64,000 nt of DNA, from NCBI GenBank assembly GCA_029820295.1, contig JALGVA010000006.1, forward strand, positions 1,793 through 65,792, written 5' to 3'. Of the stretch, positions 16,412-25,203 are shown piece by piece (the stretch's first letter is position 1; each line of letters starts with the position of its first letter). This DNA comes from Candidatus Zipacnadia bacterium (GTDB lineage Bacteria > Armatimonadota > Zipacnadia > Zipacnadales > UBA5352). Position numbers and translations under genes: made by a program. The notes beneath the pieces were generated by a model. That model was given only the letters and a program-made list of their open reading frames with translations. It did no database searches and was not told the origin of the DNA.

Positions 16412-19220
16412 GTGCTCGCGGCGTGTGTCGGGTGGCGGCGGCCGCGGCCGGGTAGCCCATGGCGGTGGCGCGCACGCTCACCTCGATGATCTGCTCCTCG
16501 CCGGTGGACAGCCGCCCGATGCGGCGATCCACCTGCAGCTCCACGCGCGGCTCGGCGGCGCCGGCCGCCAGCGCGCGCTCGCGTGCGGCCCGCGACGCCT
16601 CCCGCGCCGCGTACTCCGCCGCAGCGGTCAGGCTCTCGAACTCCCGTCGCCCGCCCGGCGCGTAGACCGTGAACGCGTCGTACTCACTCGGGCGCACCGC
16701 GATGACCTCGGACGCCGATACGTGGCTCACGATCGCGCCCACCGCGTTGGCGACCTCGGCGTGTTCGGGCACCAGCACCTCGCAGCTCAGCCGCTCGGCC
16801 AGCGGGGGCAGGAAGGCGTCTGCCGGCGCACCGATGCCCACCACCGGGCGCGCGTAGTCCGGCGCGAAGCTCAGCGGGCCGTCCGGCCCCGGCGCCAGCA
16901 GCCGCTCGAGCACCGCCGCCAGCGCCGGCGACTGCGCCGCCTCCCCCTCGAGGTCTTCGCGGCCCATCTCCTCGGCGATGACCGTCAGCGCCAGCATGCG
17001 CGTGATGCGCTCCCAGGTCAGCGCGACCAGCTCGTCGGGCGCGCAACCGTAGAGGTGGGCGAAGGCCTCGACGCCCGCGCGCGCGGCCGCGACGTCCCAC
17101 GCCGCGAACTCACCGGTGTAATGCAGCAGGTCGGTCGGGGTCAGCGCCGCGCGCTGGATGACCCCGCGATCCTCCATGCGTCGCGTGTTCACCAGCCGCG
17201 GCGAGGCCAGGCCCAGGCGCGCCGCCAGCGCCGCCCGGTGCGTGGGCGCGTCGCGCAGCGCGTCGAGCACGCGCCGCTCCTCGTCCGTCGGCTCGCGGTG
17301 TGCGGCCATCGGTCCGGGCAGCAGGAAGTCGAGCGACATCGCGCAGGTGCGCACGACGTCGTCGCGTCGCGGCAGCGAGGCCAGCGTCGCCGTCACGCCA
17401 TCGCCCGTGGTCGCGGCCAGGTAGCACAGCGGCAGCACCCGGCGCGGCCCCACCAGCAGGTCGCGGTCAACGTTGAAGTCGATGGCGCTGTCGCCGCCCA
17501 GGCCCGAGGTGCGGATGCGCACCGCCTCGACGCTGGTCTGCCAGCCACCGACGCGCGCACCTTCGGGCGACAGCCGCGGCCGGCCCTCGACGATGATCGC
17601 CGCGTCGGTGGTGGTGCCGCCCACGTCGATGACCATCGCGCCGCCCTCGCCCGCGAGGTGCCGGGCGCCCAGCACGCTCGCGGCCGGTCCTGACAGGATG
17701 GTCTCCACCGGGCGCTGGCGCGCGGTGTCCACGTTGATGAGCGAGCCGTCGCCCTTGACCACCATCAGCGGCGCCGCGATGCCCCGCTCGCCCAGCGTGC
17801 GCCGGGCCGCGTCGAGCAGCCGGGCGATCAGCGGCAGCAGCCGCGCATTGAGCGCCGCGGTGTTTGCGCGGTTGATGAAGTTCAGGCGCCCGGACAGCTC
17901 GTGCCCGCACACCACCGGCAGGTCGCACTCGTCGGCGATGATCTCGCGGGCGCGCAGCTCATGGGCGGGGTTGCGCACGCTGCCGTAGCCGGAGACCGCG
18001 AAGGCGTCCACGCCCGCGGCCAGCAGCGCCCGCACCGCACGTCGGCAGCCCTCCTCGTCCAGGGGCGCCAGCTCCTCGCCGGCGATGCTCATGCGCCCGC
18101 CGATGATGGCGCGGTGCGGCCAGCGGATGCGCGCTTCGTCGAAGCCCTCGTGGGGCATGATGATGCAGCCGGGCTCGCCGCCGCTGTCCTCGACGATGGC
18201 GTTGGTGGCGAAGGTCGTGGACAGCGCTACCACGCTCACGCCCGCCAGCAGCGTGGAGTCGAGCCGGTCGAGCGCCGCGCTGATGCCGATGAGCGGATCG
18301 TGGTGCGTGGTCAGGGCCTTGGCCTTGCCGGCCACCGCGCCGGCGTCGAAGTCGTAGATCACGGCATCGGTGTACGTCCCGCCTGCGTCAATCCCCAGCC
18401 CCAGCCCCCCGCGCGTCCCCGGTTCGCCCTCGCCGGCCGCCAGCGCCTCCACAGATGCGGACTCGGCCACGCGCCCGCCGCTGGTCACCGCCACCAGCAC
18501 CTGCTCGTCGCCGTTGAACTCCGAGCGCTCCCCGGGGTGCAGGACCAGGAATCGCCCCGGGTCCCAGCGGCCCATGACCAGGTCGCGCAGCATCGAGGTG
18601 TCGCCGGCCAGTCGCTCGCACTGCCAGCCCAGCCCGTCCGCGATGCGCTCGGCCATGCCCAGGCATTCATCCACCTGCCCGCAGCCGGTGTCGATGACCG
18701 CCACGCGCGTGTAGTTGCGCTTCCAGCTCGCCAGGAAGTTGATGATCTCGACCGCCGACGCCTCGCCGAAGCGCTCCGAGAGCTCGGCGAAGCGCGGGTG
18801 CTCGCGCGCGTCCGGCGACCAGCGCCGCAGCCGCCCGGTCTGGTCGAGCGCGAGCTTGTGGGTGTACCAGCCCGGCGTGATGTAGTACGTGCCCGGGTGG
18901 CGCCGGAACTGCCGGCGGTACTCCTCGCGCGACCCCATGAACAGCGTCAGGCAGTCGTGTGCACGCGGGAGCACCACCGCCACGCCGCGGGCGATCAGGC
19001 CCGCCGTGCCGCGGCCGCACAGCCCGTAGGCCAGTGCCACCGCATCGTAGCCCTCGGCGGCCGCAGCGTCGATGCGCTCCTGCAGGGTCTCGCGCAGCTT
19101 CGCGGGCGTCTCGTGCAGCCCGGCCTCGAGTGCTTCGAAGTCCACGTCGTGCGGCGAGTCGACGATCAATACAGAAAGCTCCGGCTCAAAGACGCCGCAG
19201 CCCAGCACTCTCAGTCTCAT
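16317..19220 (-). CDS. DUF1638 domain fused to a hydantoinase/oxoprolinase-type (ASKHA) ATPase
   Basis: Start MRLRVLGCGVF (ATG 19218-19220). N-terminal about 220 aa show the DUF1638-like pattern (YGLCGRG...VLPRAHDCLTLFMGS...HPGTYYITPGW). Then GIDAGGTYTDAV and VIDVGGTTTDAA phosphate-binding loops of the hydantoinase_A family. Confidence 0.8.
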   Translation of the reverse strand: MRLRVLGCGVFEPELSVLIVDSPHDVDFEALEAGLHETPAKLRETLQERIDAAAAEGYDAVALAYGLCGRGTAGLIARGVAVVLPRAHDCLTLFMGSREEYRRQFRRHPGTYYITPGWYTHKLALDQTGRLRRWSPDAREHPRFAELSERFGEASAVEIINFLASWKRNYTRVAVIDTGCGQVDECLGMAERIADGLGWQCERLAGDTSMLRDLVMGRWDPGRFLVLHPGERSEFNGDEQVLVAVTSGGRVAESASVEALAAGEGEPGTRGGLGLGIDAGGTYTDAVIYDFDAGAVAGKAKALTTHHDPLIGISAALDRLDSTLLAGVSVVALSTTFATNAIVEDSGGEPGCIIMPHEGFDEARIRWPHRAIIGGRMSIAGEELAPLDEEGCRRAVRALLAAGVDAFAVSGYGSVRNPAHELRAREIIADECDLPVVCGHELSGRLNFINRANTAALNARLLPLIARLLDAARRTLGERGIAAPLMVVKGDGSLINVDTARQRPVETILSGPAASVLGARHLAGEGGAMVIDVGGTTTDAAIIVEGRPRLSPEGARVGGWQTSVEAVRIRTSGLGGDSAIDFNVDRDLLVGPRRVLPLCYLAATTGDGVTATLASLPRRDDVVRTCAMSLDFLLPGPMAAHREPTDEERRVLDALRDAPTHRAALAARLGLASPRLVNTRRMEDRGVIQRAALTPTDLLHYTGEFAAWDVAAARAGVEAFAHLYGCAPDELVALTWERITRMLALTVIAEEMGREDLEGEAAQSPALAAVLERLLAPGPDGPLSFAPDYARPVVGIGAPADAFLPPLAERLSCEVLVPEHAEVANAVGAIVSHVSASEVIAVRPSEYDAFTVYAPGGRREFESLTAAAEYAAREASRAARERALAAGAAEPRVELQVDRRIGRLSTGEEQIIEVSVRATAMGYPAAAAATRHTPRAHGGGRRGPAGPDRTSFGGPHPDGGKHRAPGG

Positions 19221-19458
19221 GGATTGACTGCTTCCACGGGAGATGCACCATATCTGCGTCGCCGGGAGTCTAACGCAAAGCAGGCGGCCGCGCAAGGCCC
19301 GCGGCGGACGACTGCGACGGCCGGCCATCAGGATCGTGAGCATTGTCCCGGAATCCCGACCGGAGTTGGAGGAATTGCGCGCCGGCGCGGGGCATACTAC
19401 CGCCCGCGGGCGCCGGGAGTGCGGCGCTCAAGGTCGCTGCTGCTGGAGGAGGGCCACC

Positions 19459-19878
19459 GTGATATTGTCGCAGAAGTGTCAGTACGCCCTGCGCGCCATG
19501 TACGAGATCACGCTGCGCGAGGACGACTGGCCGATCAAGAGCGGAGACATCGCCGAGGCCCAGGCCATCCCGCCGCGCTTCCTCGAGAACATCCTCGCGC
19601 AGCTCAAGCAGGGCGGCTTCGTCGACTCCAAGCGCGGCAAGGAGGGCGGCTACATGCTCGCCGACCCCGACCGCGAGGTCACGGTCGGCGAGATCATCCG
19701 CTTCGTCCAGGGCCCTGTGGTGCCGGTGCACTGCATGATCGATACCGGAGCCTCCGACTGCCCCTTCGGCCAGGACTGCCCCTTCCTCAGCATGTGGGCG
19801 CGCGCGCGCGATGCCGTCGTCGAGGTCTACGACAACACCACCTTCCGCGACCTGATCCGCGAGTACACGTCGAGGTAG
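19459..19878 (+). CDS. Rrf2 family transcriptional regulator with candidate Fe-S ligand cysteines
   Basis: GTG at 19459 is preceded by GGAGGAGGG. ILSQKCQYALRAMYEI is the classic Rrf2 N-terminus. FLENILAQLKQGGFVDSKRGKEGGY is the wHTH. C-x8-C-x5-C lies near the C-terminus. Confidence 0.85.
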   Translation: MILSQKCQYALRAMYEITLREDDWPIKSGDIAEAQAIPPRFLENILAQLKQGGFVDSKRGKEGGYMLADPDREVTVGEIIRFVQGPVVPVHCMIDTGASDCPFGQDCPFLSMWARARDAVVEVYDNTTFRDLIREYTSR

Positions 19879-19909
19879 GCCGCGCGCGAGGCCCATGTAC
19901 ATCAGCAAA

Positions 19910-19928
19910 GCCCGCCACCAGGGCGGGC
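19910..19928. terminator. hairpin between convergent Rrf2 gene and tmRNA
   Basis: gcccgcc-accag-ggcgggc, a 7-bp GC stem. It lies 32 nt after the Rrf2 stop and 28 nt after the tmRNA 3-prime end. No clear T tail. Confidence 0.4.
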
Positions 19929-19955
19929 TCTGCGGTGTACCTGCACGATGGCAAC

Positions 19956-20304
19956 TGGTGGAGGCGGCGGGAATTGAACCCGCGTCCGAGAAGGGGTGTC
20001 CGGAGCGTCTACGAGCGTAGTGCCCGCTTTGAGTAACCGGGGCGGCCCCCGAGCACCGGGTCCGCCGCGGCAAGCTCGACTCTGCTACCCCCGCGCGCTA
20101 GTCGAGCACAGGCGCGCGCTTCGGCCGATCCAATGACGTCCGGCCCCGACCTGATCGGCGGGAGGTCGGGCGGACGTCGCGACGATTAAGCCGCGAGTGC
20201 CAAATCGGTGTTGGCGTTTTTGGGGTTCCGGCGTTTCACGAGAGTCCGGAGATCTCGGCTCGCAGCCCCGACTCACCAGCTCCCCGTCGAAGCCGGTCGC
20301 CCCC
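19956..20304 (-). ncRNA. ssrA: transfer-messenger RNA (tmRNA)
   Basis: 5-prime GGGGGCGACCGGCUUCGACGGGG and 3-prime GGGUUCAAUUCCCGCCGCCUCCACCA. The acceptor stem has a G3:U pair. Internal reading frame GCC AAC ACC GAU UUG GCA CUC GCG GCU UAA (20186-20215) gives tag ANTDLALAA. 349 nt. Confidence 0.92.
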
Positions 20305-20309
20305 ACCAC

Positions 20310-20338
20310 TTGTCAACGTGCGCACCTGCCAGTATACC
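20310..20338 (+). promoter_or_regulatory. candidate sigma70-type promoter for the aminotransferase-fold gene
   Basis: TTGTCA, 17-nt spacer, TATACC. It lies about 205 nt upstream of the TTG start at 20545. Confidence 0.3.
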
Positions 20339-20544
20339 AGAGGCCGCAGCCCCTGTAAACACGACCGATGGCGTCCAGGCGGCCATCTCCTGATGTACCG
20401 ACGTTCCTGGGAGAACGAATGTTCGCACCAGTCCGCGATCGCTCGTTGCCGGCATGTTGACCGCCGCGCCGCAAGGGGATAGACTAAGCGCTCGTACCGC
20501 CGTGGCGACCCGACGATACGCTCTGAGGTCACGGAGGCGTCGGC

Positions 20545-22146
20545 TTGGATTTCGCGATTCCCGACAAGAGCCCGTTCCTGCTGCGCGACCTGCTGCTCGC
20601 CGAGGCCGCGCGCTCGGAGCGGGATGACCTGCCGCTGCTCGACGCCTCGCGGGGTGCCGCCAACTGGCAGCTCCGGCGCGTGCTCAATGCCTGGCACGCG
20701 CTGGGGCTCTATGCCGCGCAGGCCCCCGCGACCCCGCCGGATGATGGCGAGGTTGCGCTCAGGCTCGACCCGGACGGCCCGCACCGGGAGGCCTTCCGCG
20801 CCTTCGAGGAGCGCTGCGCGGTCGGCCCGGCCGGGCTGGTGGGGGGGGCGGGCTTCGTCGCGCGCGCCTGCGACTACCTCGCGGGCGAGGTTCTGCTCGA
20901 CCGCAGCCCCGACCGCGTACTCTACGAGCTGGCGGAGGCCGCCGCCGGACGCATCTATCCCAGCCCGCCCACGCTGAGCTTCGTCGCGCCCATTGTCACG
21001 CGCTACCTCGCGCCGCTGCTCTTCGGCGGCGACCTCGACCTGGCGCGACAGTTCCGCGTGATCGCCTGCGAGGGTGCCACCACGGGCATCGCCCAGGTGG
21101 CGGCGACGCTGGCGGGCAACGGGCTGATCCACTCCGGCGACCGCGTGGCCATGTGGTGGCCGACCTACGAGCCGCTGCGGGATCTCGTCGAGTGCCAGCT
21201 CGGCTGCGAGGTCGTGCCCATCCGCCGCGATCCGGGCGCGGGCTGGGCGGCGGTGCCGTCGGAGCTGGAGAAGCTCGACGACCCGCGCGTGCGCCTGGCC
21301 ATCACGGTGTCGCCGGGCAACCCGGTGCCCGTGGTGACCGGCCCGGGCGACCTCGATGACCTCGAACGCGCCGTCGTGCAGCGCCCGGACCTGCTGGTGC
21401 TCGCCGACTACGTGTACATGCACTTCCTCGACGAGCCCGTCGAGACCGAGATCGCGCGCCTGCCGCGCAACACCATCGGCGTGTACAGCGTCTCCAAGGA
21501 CTTCGGCCTTGCCGGCATGCGCCTGGGCGTGGTGCTCATTCACCCTGAATGCGTTGCCGAGCACCTGCTGGCGGAGCGGGCGGTCGCGGCGCAGGGCGCC
21601 GACGAACGCTACTGCCGCCGGGCGCTGCAGCCGCGCGCAATGCCCCTGGGCGAGCGCATCGTCGCCGACAGCCGCGGGGTGAGCTTCACGCACATGAGCG
21701 GGCTGTCCACGCCGCTGCAGGCGCTGATCTGCCTGTGTGCGGTCTACGACCTGATCGAGCCCGAGGCGGGGCGCTACTTCTCGTGGGTGCGCGGCGAGCT
21801 GGCCGCGCGCGTGGAGGCCCTCTACCAGGGCCTGGGGCTGCCCGCACCGGCCTGGGCGGCGGGCCCGAGCAGCCGCTACAGCACCATCATCGACCTGGCC
21901 GAGGTGGCCCGCGCGCGCGGTGGCGAGGAACTTGTAAGCGCCCTCAGGGGTCAGAACCTGTGGTCGCTGATGACCTGGCTCGCACGCGAGTGGAAGGTGA
22001 TCCTGACGCCCGGTGAGGGCTTCGGCGCGGGACCGTGGTCGGTGCGTGCGTGCTTCCCGTCGGTCAGCGCCGAGCAGGCGCGCGAGCTGGGCGAGCGCGT
22101 CGGGCAGGCCGTCGAGGCCTTCGCGCGGGCGAGCGGCAACGACTGA
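20545..22146 (+). CDS. PLP-dependent class I/II aminotransferase-fold enzyme, aspartate 4-decarboxylase (AsdA)-like
   Basis: 533 aa. YSVSKDFGLAGMRLG is the PLP-lysine motif. N-terminal LDASRGAANW resembles the GRGNPNW region of AsdA-type enzymes. TTG start with GGAGG 7 nt upstream. Confidence 0.7.
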   Translation: MDFAIPDKSPFLLRDLLLAEAARSERDDLPLLDASRGAANWQLRRVLNAWHALGLYAAQAPATPPDDGEVALRLDPDGPHREAFRAFEERCAVGPAGLVGGAGFVARACDYLAGEVLLDRSPDRVLYELAEAAAGRIYPSPPTLSFVAPIVTRYLAPLLFGGDLDLARQFRVIACEGATTGIAQVAATLAGNGLIHSGDRVAMWWPTYEPLRDLVECQLGCEVVPIRRDPGAGWAAVPSELEKLDDPRVRLAITVSPGNPVPVVTGPGDLDDLERAVVQRPDLLVLADYVYMHFLDEPVETEIARLPRNTIGVYSVSKDFGLAGMRLGVVLIHPECVAEHLLAERAVAAQGADERYCRRALQPRAMPLGERIVADSRGVSFTHMSGLSTPLQALICLCAVYDLIEPEAGRYFSWVRGELAARVEALYQGLGLPAPAWAAGPSSRYSTIIDLAEVARARGGEELVSALRGQNLWSLMTWLAREWKVILTPGEGFGAGPWSVRACFPSVSAEQARELGERVGQAVEAFARASGND

Positions 22147-22239
22147 TGAGAACGCGGCCGGCCGTTGTGTACCGCGGGCGAGCCGCCTGTGGGTCGTTCG
22201 GACCGTCGAGGATGTGGTGAACGACGCACCGCGACGACA

Positions 22240-22256
22240 GTGCCCCTTCGGGGCAC
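22240..22256 (+). terminator. GC-rich tetraloop hairpin after the aminotransferase-fold gene
   Basis: gtgcccc-TTCG-ggggcac, 94 nt after the stop. No U tract, so the function is uncertain. Confidence 0.3.
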
Positions 22257-22386
22257 CCCCGGCGGGGGCGTGGGGGGCACAACGGCAACCGCCGACAGGC
22301 GGCACCGTACCGGAGCTGCACCCCAGGCGGCACCCAGGCGTCCGCCGCTAGCCGGCGGCTGATGGCTGGTAGCTGTCCGCCGCGTC

Positions 22387-22395
22387 TGGTATAAT
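22387..22395 (+). promoter_or_regulatory. extended -10 promoter element (TGgTATAAT) upstream of the FHA/cell-wall cluster
   Basis: Perfect TATAAT at 22390-22395 with TG at 22387-22388. There is no good -35, as is often the case for extended -10 promoters. Confidence 0.4.
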
Positions 22396-22473
22396 CGAGT
22401 CGGCATGCGGGCGGCGGCCCGCTGTTTGACGTTCCGTGGTCGGGCCATCACGCCGCACTCCCCGGGGGCTGGT

Positions 22474-23127
22474 GTGTCTCTGCTCAGGCGCCTGGAGGAC
22501 GCGCTCGAGACGGTCATCGACGGCGGGCTGGCGCGCGTGGCCGGCGGCGGCGTGCATCCGCTGGAGATCGCGCGCCGGCTGCAGTCCGAGATGGCCGACG
22601 GCCGGTTGCTGGGCACCGACGCTTCCTACGTGCCCAACCGCTACGTGGTCACGCTCGCCGACGTCGAGATGGACCACCTGGGCGACGTCGCCGCCGGGAT
22701 CGCCGAAGAGTTGGGCCGGCACCTGGAGAGGCATGCGGCCGAGGAGGGCTGGGCGGTGGGCGATGGCGTGACGGTGCGTCTGCAGGGCGGGGGCAGGCCG
22801 GGGCGCATCGCCGTCGAGCGCGACTTCGACGAGCGCGCGCCCGGCGCGCGGCTGCTGGTGGAGGCCGGGCAGGCCGGCGGCAGCTTCGAGATCGGCGAGC
22901 GCGCGGTCATCGGCCGCGGTCCCGACTGCGAGGTGCTGCTGACCGAGCCGGCCGTCTCGCGCCGGCACGCCGAGATCGAGTGGACCTACCACGGCTACCG
23001 GCTGCGCGACCTGGGCAGCCGCAACGGGACCTTCGTAAACGCCGAGGAGGTGGACGAGGCGCTGCTGGCCGACGGCGACCTCATCGAGGTCGGGCTGGTG
23101 CAGCTCCGCTTCCACCCGATCGGCTGA
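22474..23127 (+). CDS. FhaA-like protein (DUF3662-type N-terminal domain plus C-terminal FHA domain)
   Basis: GTG 22474 (GGGGG 5 nt upstream) gives VSLLRRLEDALE, like FhaA N-termini. C-terminal FHA signature IGRGPDCEVLLTEPAVSRRHAEI...LGSRNGTFVN. The track ATG at 22405 is an alternative start. Confidence 0.8.
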   Translation: MSLLRRLEDALETVIDGGLARVAGGGVHPLEIARRLQSEMADGRLLGTDASYVPNRYVVTLADVEMDHLGDVAAGIAEELGRHLERHAAEEGWAVGDGVTVRLQGGGRPGRIAVERDFDERAPGARLLVEAGQAGGSFEIGERAVIGRGPDCEVLLTEPAVSRRHAEIEWTYHGYRLRDLGSRNGTFVNAEEVDEALLADGDLIEVGLVQLRFHPIG

Positions 23128-23172
23128 CCTGACGAGCCCGCGCACCCGAATCTGATCGGTCCTGAGGGATCC

Positions 23173-23841
23173 GTGTTGGGCCTGACCCTGGTCGTGACCA
23201 TCGGCAAGTACCTCCTGCTGGCGGGCCTCTACGCCTTCGTCTTCGTGGTGTTCCGGGGCATGATGGGGCAGATCGCGGCGGAGTCCGCGCGCGCGACCGA
23301 GGGCGGCCGCCGCGGCCGACGCCGGGAGGTCGCGTCGCGCCGGGCCATCATGCCGCAGGTGACCACCCGCCCTGCGCGGCCACCGCGCGCGGCGAGCCCC
23401 CCCGCGCCTGAGCCTGCGCTCGAACGCGCGCCCCAAGCTGCTCAGCAGGCTCCGCCCGCACGCGAGGCGTCCGCCCCGGAGGCGGCACCTGAGCCGGTGG
23501 CTCCCGCCGAGACCCCTCCCGCCGCTCCGCCCGCGCCCGCGGCGCCGCACCTGCGCGTGCTGGAGAGCGACGACGAGCGCCTGAGCGCCGGGGACACGCT
23601 GCCGTTGAGCGCCGCGGTCACCATCGGCCGCAGCGATGAGAACTCGGTGCGCCTGTCCGACCGCTTCGTCTCCAGCCGCCATGCCCTGATCTGCCTGCGC
23701 GACGGCCGGCGCCTGCTGGTCGATCGCGGCTCCACCAACGGCACCTTCCTCAACGGCGAGCGCGTTGAGGAGGAGGTCGAGCTGCACGACGGCGACCGCA
23801 TCGCCATGGGCAACACCGTCTTCGAGTACCACGTGGGCTGA
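23173..23841 (+). CDS. FhaB-like membrane-anchored FHA domain protein
   Basis: N-terminal TM, Pro/Ala-rich linker, C-terminal FHA (IGRSDENSVRLSDRFVSSRHALI...GSTNGTFLNG). Confidence 0.8.
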   Translation: MLGLTLVVTIGKYLLLAGLYAFVFVVFRGMMGQIAAESARATEGGRRGRRREVASRRAIMPQVTTRPARPPRAASPPAPEPALERAPQAAQQAPPAREASAPEAAPEPVAPAETPPAAPPAPAAPHLRVLESDDERLSAGDTLPLSAAVTIGRSDENSVRLSDRFVSSRHALICLRDGRRLLVDRGSTNGTFLNGERVEEEVELHDGDRIAMGNTVFEYHVG

Positions 23842-23907
23842 CCCGGCCCGGACGCGGGTGGGGATCGCCCGGCCGCACCGTGCGCTGCCCCGCCCCTGAG
23901 TCGTGAG

Positions 23908-25203
23908 GTGAATGTGATTCCGCGCAGCCAGCGGACCGAGCTTGCCCTGCTGCTCTTCGCCGCGGCCCTCGTGGGCTTCGGCGCCGCGCTGGTGTGCCTG
24001 GGCATGGGCTTTCCGGTGTGGCGGGTGACGCGTGCCCTGGCGGTGGTGGGCGCCTTCATCGCCGGTGCCATGATGCTCGACCTCGCCGACCCGCGCCGCG
24101 ACCGCTGGCTGCTGCCCATCATGGCGGCCATCTCGGGTGTGGGCTTCCTGCTGCTGTGGCAGCTCGACGGCGGCTCGGCGTCGCGGCAGATCGTGTGGAT
24201 GATCACCGGCGCGGGCATCATGGTCGCGGTCTACTACCTCATCGAGGACGTGCGCGACCTCGCCCGTCTGAAGTACACCAGCGGCGTGCTGGCGCTGGTG
24301 CTGGTGGGCCTGACGCTGGCCTTCGGCGTGGAGAAGGGCGGCGCGCGCCTGTGGCTGGCGATCCCGGGCGTCATCATGTTCCAGCCCACCGAGCCGGTGA
24401 AGGTGCTCATGTGCATCTTCCTGGCGGGCTACGTGGCGGACCGCCGCGAGCTGCTGCGCGAGGACACCCACCGCGTGGCCGGCTTCCAGATGCCGCGCGC
24501 GCGGCACATCGCGCCCCTGCTGCTCATGGTCATCTTCGCCCTGACCATCTTCGTGGGCCAGCGTGACCTGGGCGCCGCCGTCCTCTTCTTCGGCCTGTTC
24601 GTGGCGATGGCGTACCTCGCCACCGGCCGCAAGTCATACTCCATCCTGGCGCTGGTGCTCTTCGCCGGCGGCGCCGTCGGGGCGTACCACGCCTTCCCGC
24701 ACGTCGCCGCCCGTGTGGACATGTGGCTCAACCCCTGGGCCGATCCGGAGAACCGCGGCTATCAGATCCTGCAGAGCATGTTCGCGCTCGCCGAGGGCGG
24801 CCTGGTAGGCACCGGCTTCGCCACCGGCGGCGGTGACACCATCCCGGCCGCCACCACCGATCTGATCTTCGCCGTCGGCGCCCAGCAGTTCGGGCTGCTC
24901 GGCGCCGTCGCCATCGTCGTCCTCTACGCCCTCGCCGCCCACCGCTCGTTCAGCATCGCCTGGCGTGCCACGGATAACTTCGGCGCGCTGCTGGCGGCGG
25001 CGCTGGCCGTCGTGTTCTCGCTGCAGACCCTGGTCATCCTCGGCGGCGTCACCCGGCTGATCCCGCTCACCGGCATCACGCTGCCCTTCATGAGCTACGG
25101 CGGCACCTCGGTGATCGTCAACTTCATCGCGCTGGCGCTGCTGCTCGCGATCTCCCGTGACTGCACGCCGCATCGCCCGCCGGGCGAGGTTCTCCCGCGA
25201 TGA
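23908..25203 (+). CDS. rodA: FtsW/RodA/SpoVE (SEDS) family peptidoglycan polymerase
   Basis: 431 aa and polytopic. Motifs LAIPGVIMFQPTEPVKV, TTDLIFAV, and PLTGITLPFMSYGGTSV at the C-terminus. Confidence 0.9.
   Translation: MNVIPRSQRTELALLLFAAALVGFGAALVCLGMGFPVWRVTRALAVVGAFIAGAMMLDLADPRRDRWLLPIMAAISGVGFLLLWQLDGGSASRQIVWMITGAGIMVAVYYLIEDVRDLARLKYTSGVLALVLVGLTLAFGVEKGGARLWLAIPGVIMFQPTEPVKVLMCIFLAGYVADRRELLREDTHRVAGFQMPRARHIAPLLLMVIFALTIFVGQRDLGAAVLFFGLFVAMAYLATGRKSYSILALVLFAGGAVGAYHAFPHVAARVDMWLNPWADPENRGYQILQSMFALAEGGLVGTGFATGGGDTIPAATTDLIFAVGAQQFGLLGAVAIVVLYALAAHRSFSIAWRATDNFGALLAAALAVVFSLQTLVILGGVTRLIPLTGITLPFMSYGGTSVIVNFIALALLLAISRDCTPHRPPGEVLPR

Noticed and set aside
19880-19955. Genomic island integrated at the tmRNA 3-prime end.
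   Set aside because: No integrase, no repeated tmRNA 3-prime fragment and no compositional break were seen. The next genes (Rrf2, DUF1638-hydantoinase) have native codon usage.
20085-20309. 74-aa minus-strand ORF.
   Set aside because: It lies entirely inside the tmRNA gene. The only translated part of that RNA is the short tag frame.
22405-22473. ATG at 22405 as the FhaA-like start, which would be nearly leaderless relative to the extended -10.
   Set aside because: The 23 extra residues (MRAAARCLTFRGRAITPHSPGAG) look non-native, and FhaA-type proteins begin at the LxxRLE helix. GTG 22474 with an upstream GGGGG fits better. The choice remains uncertain.
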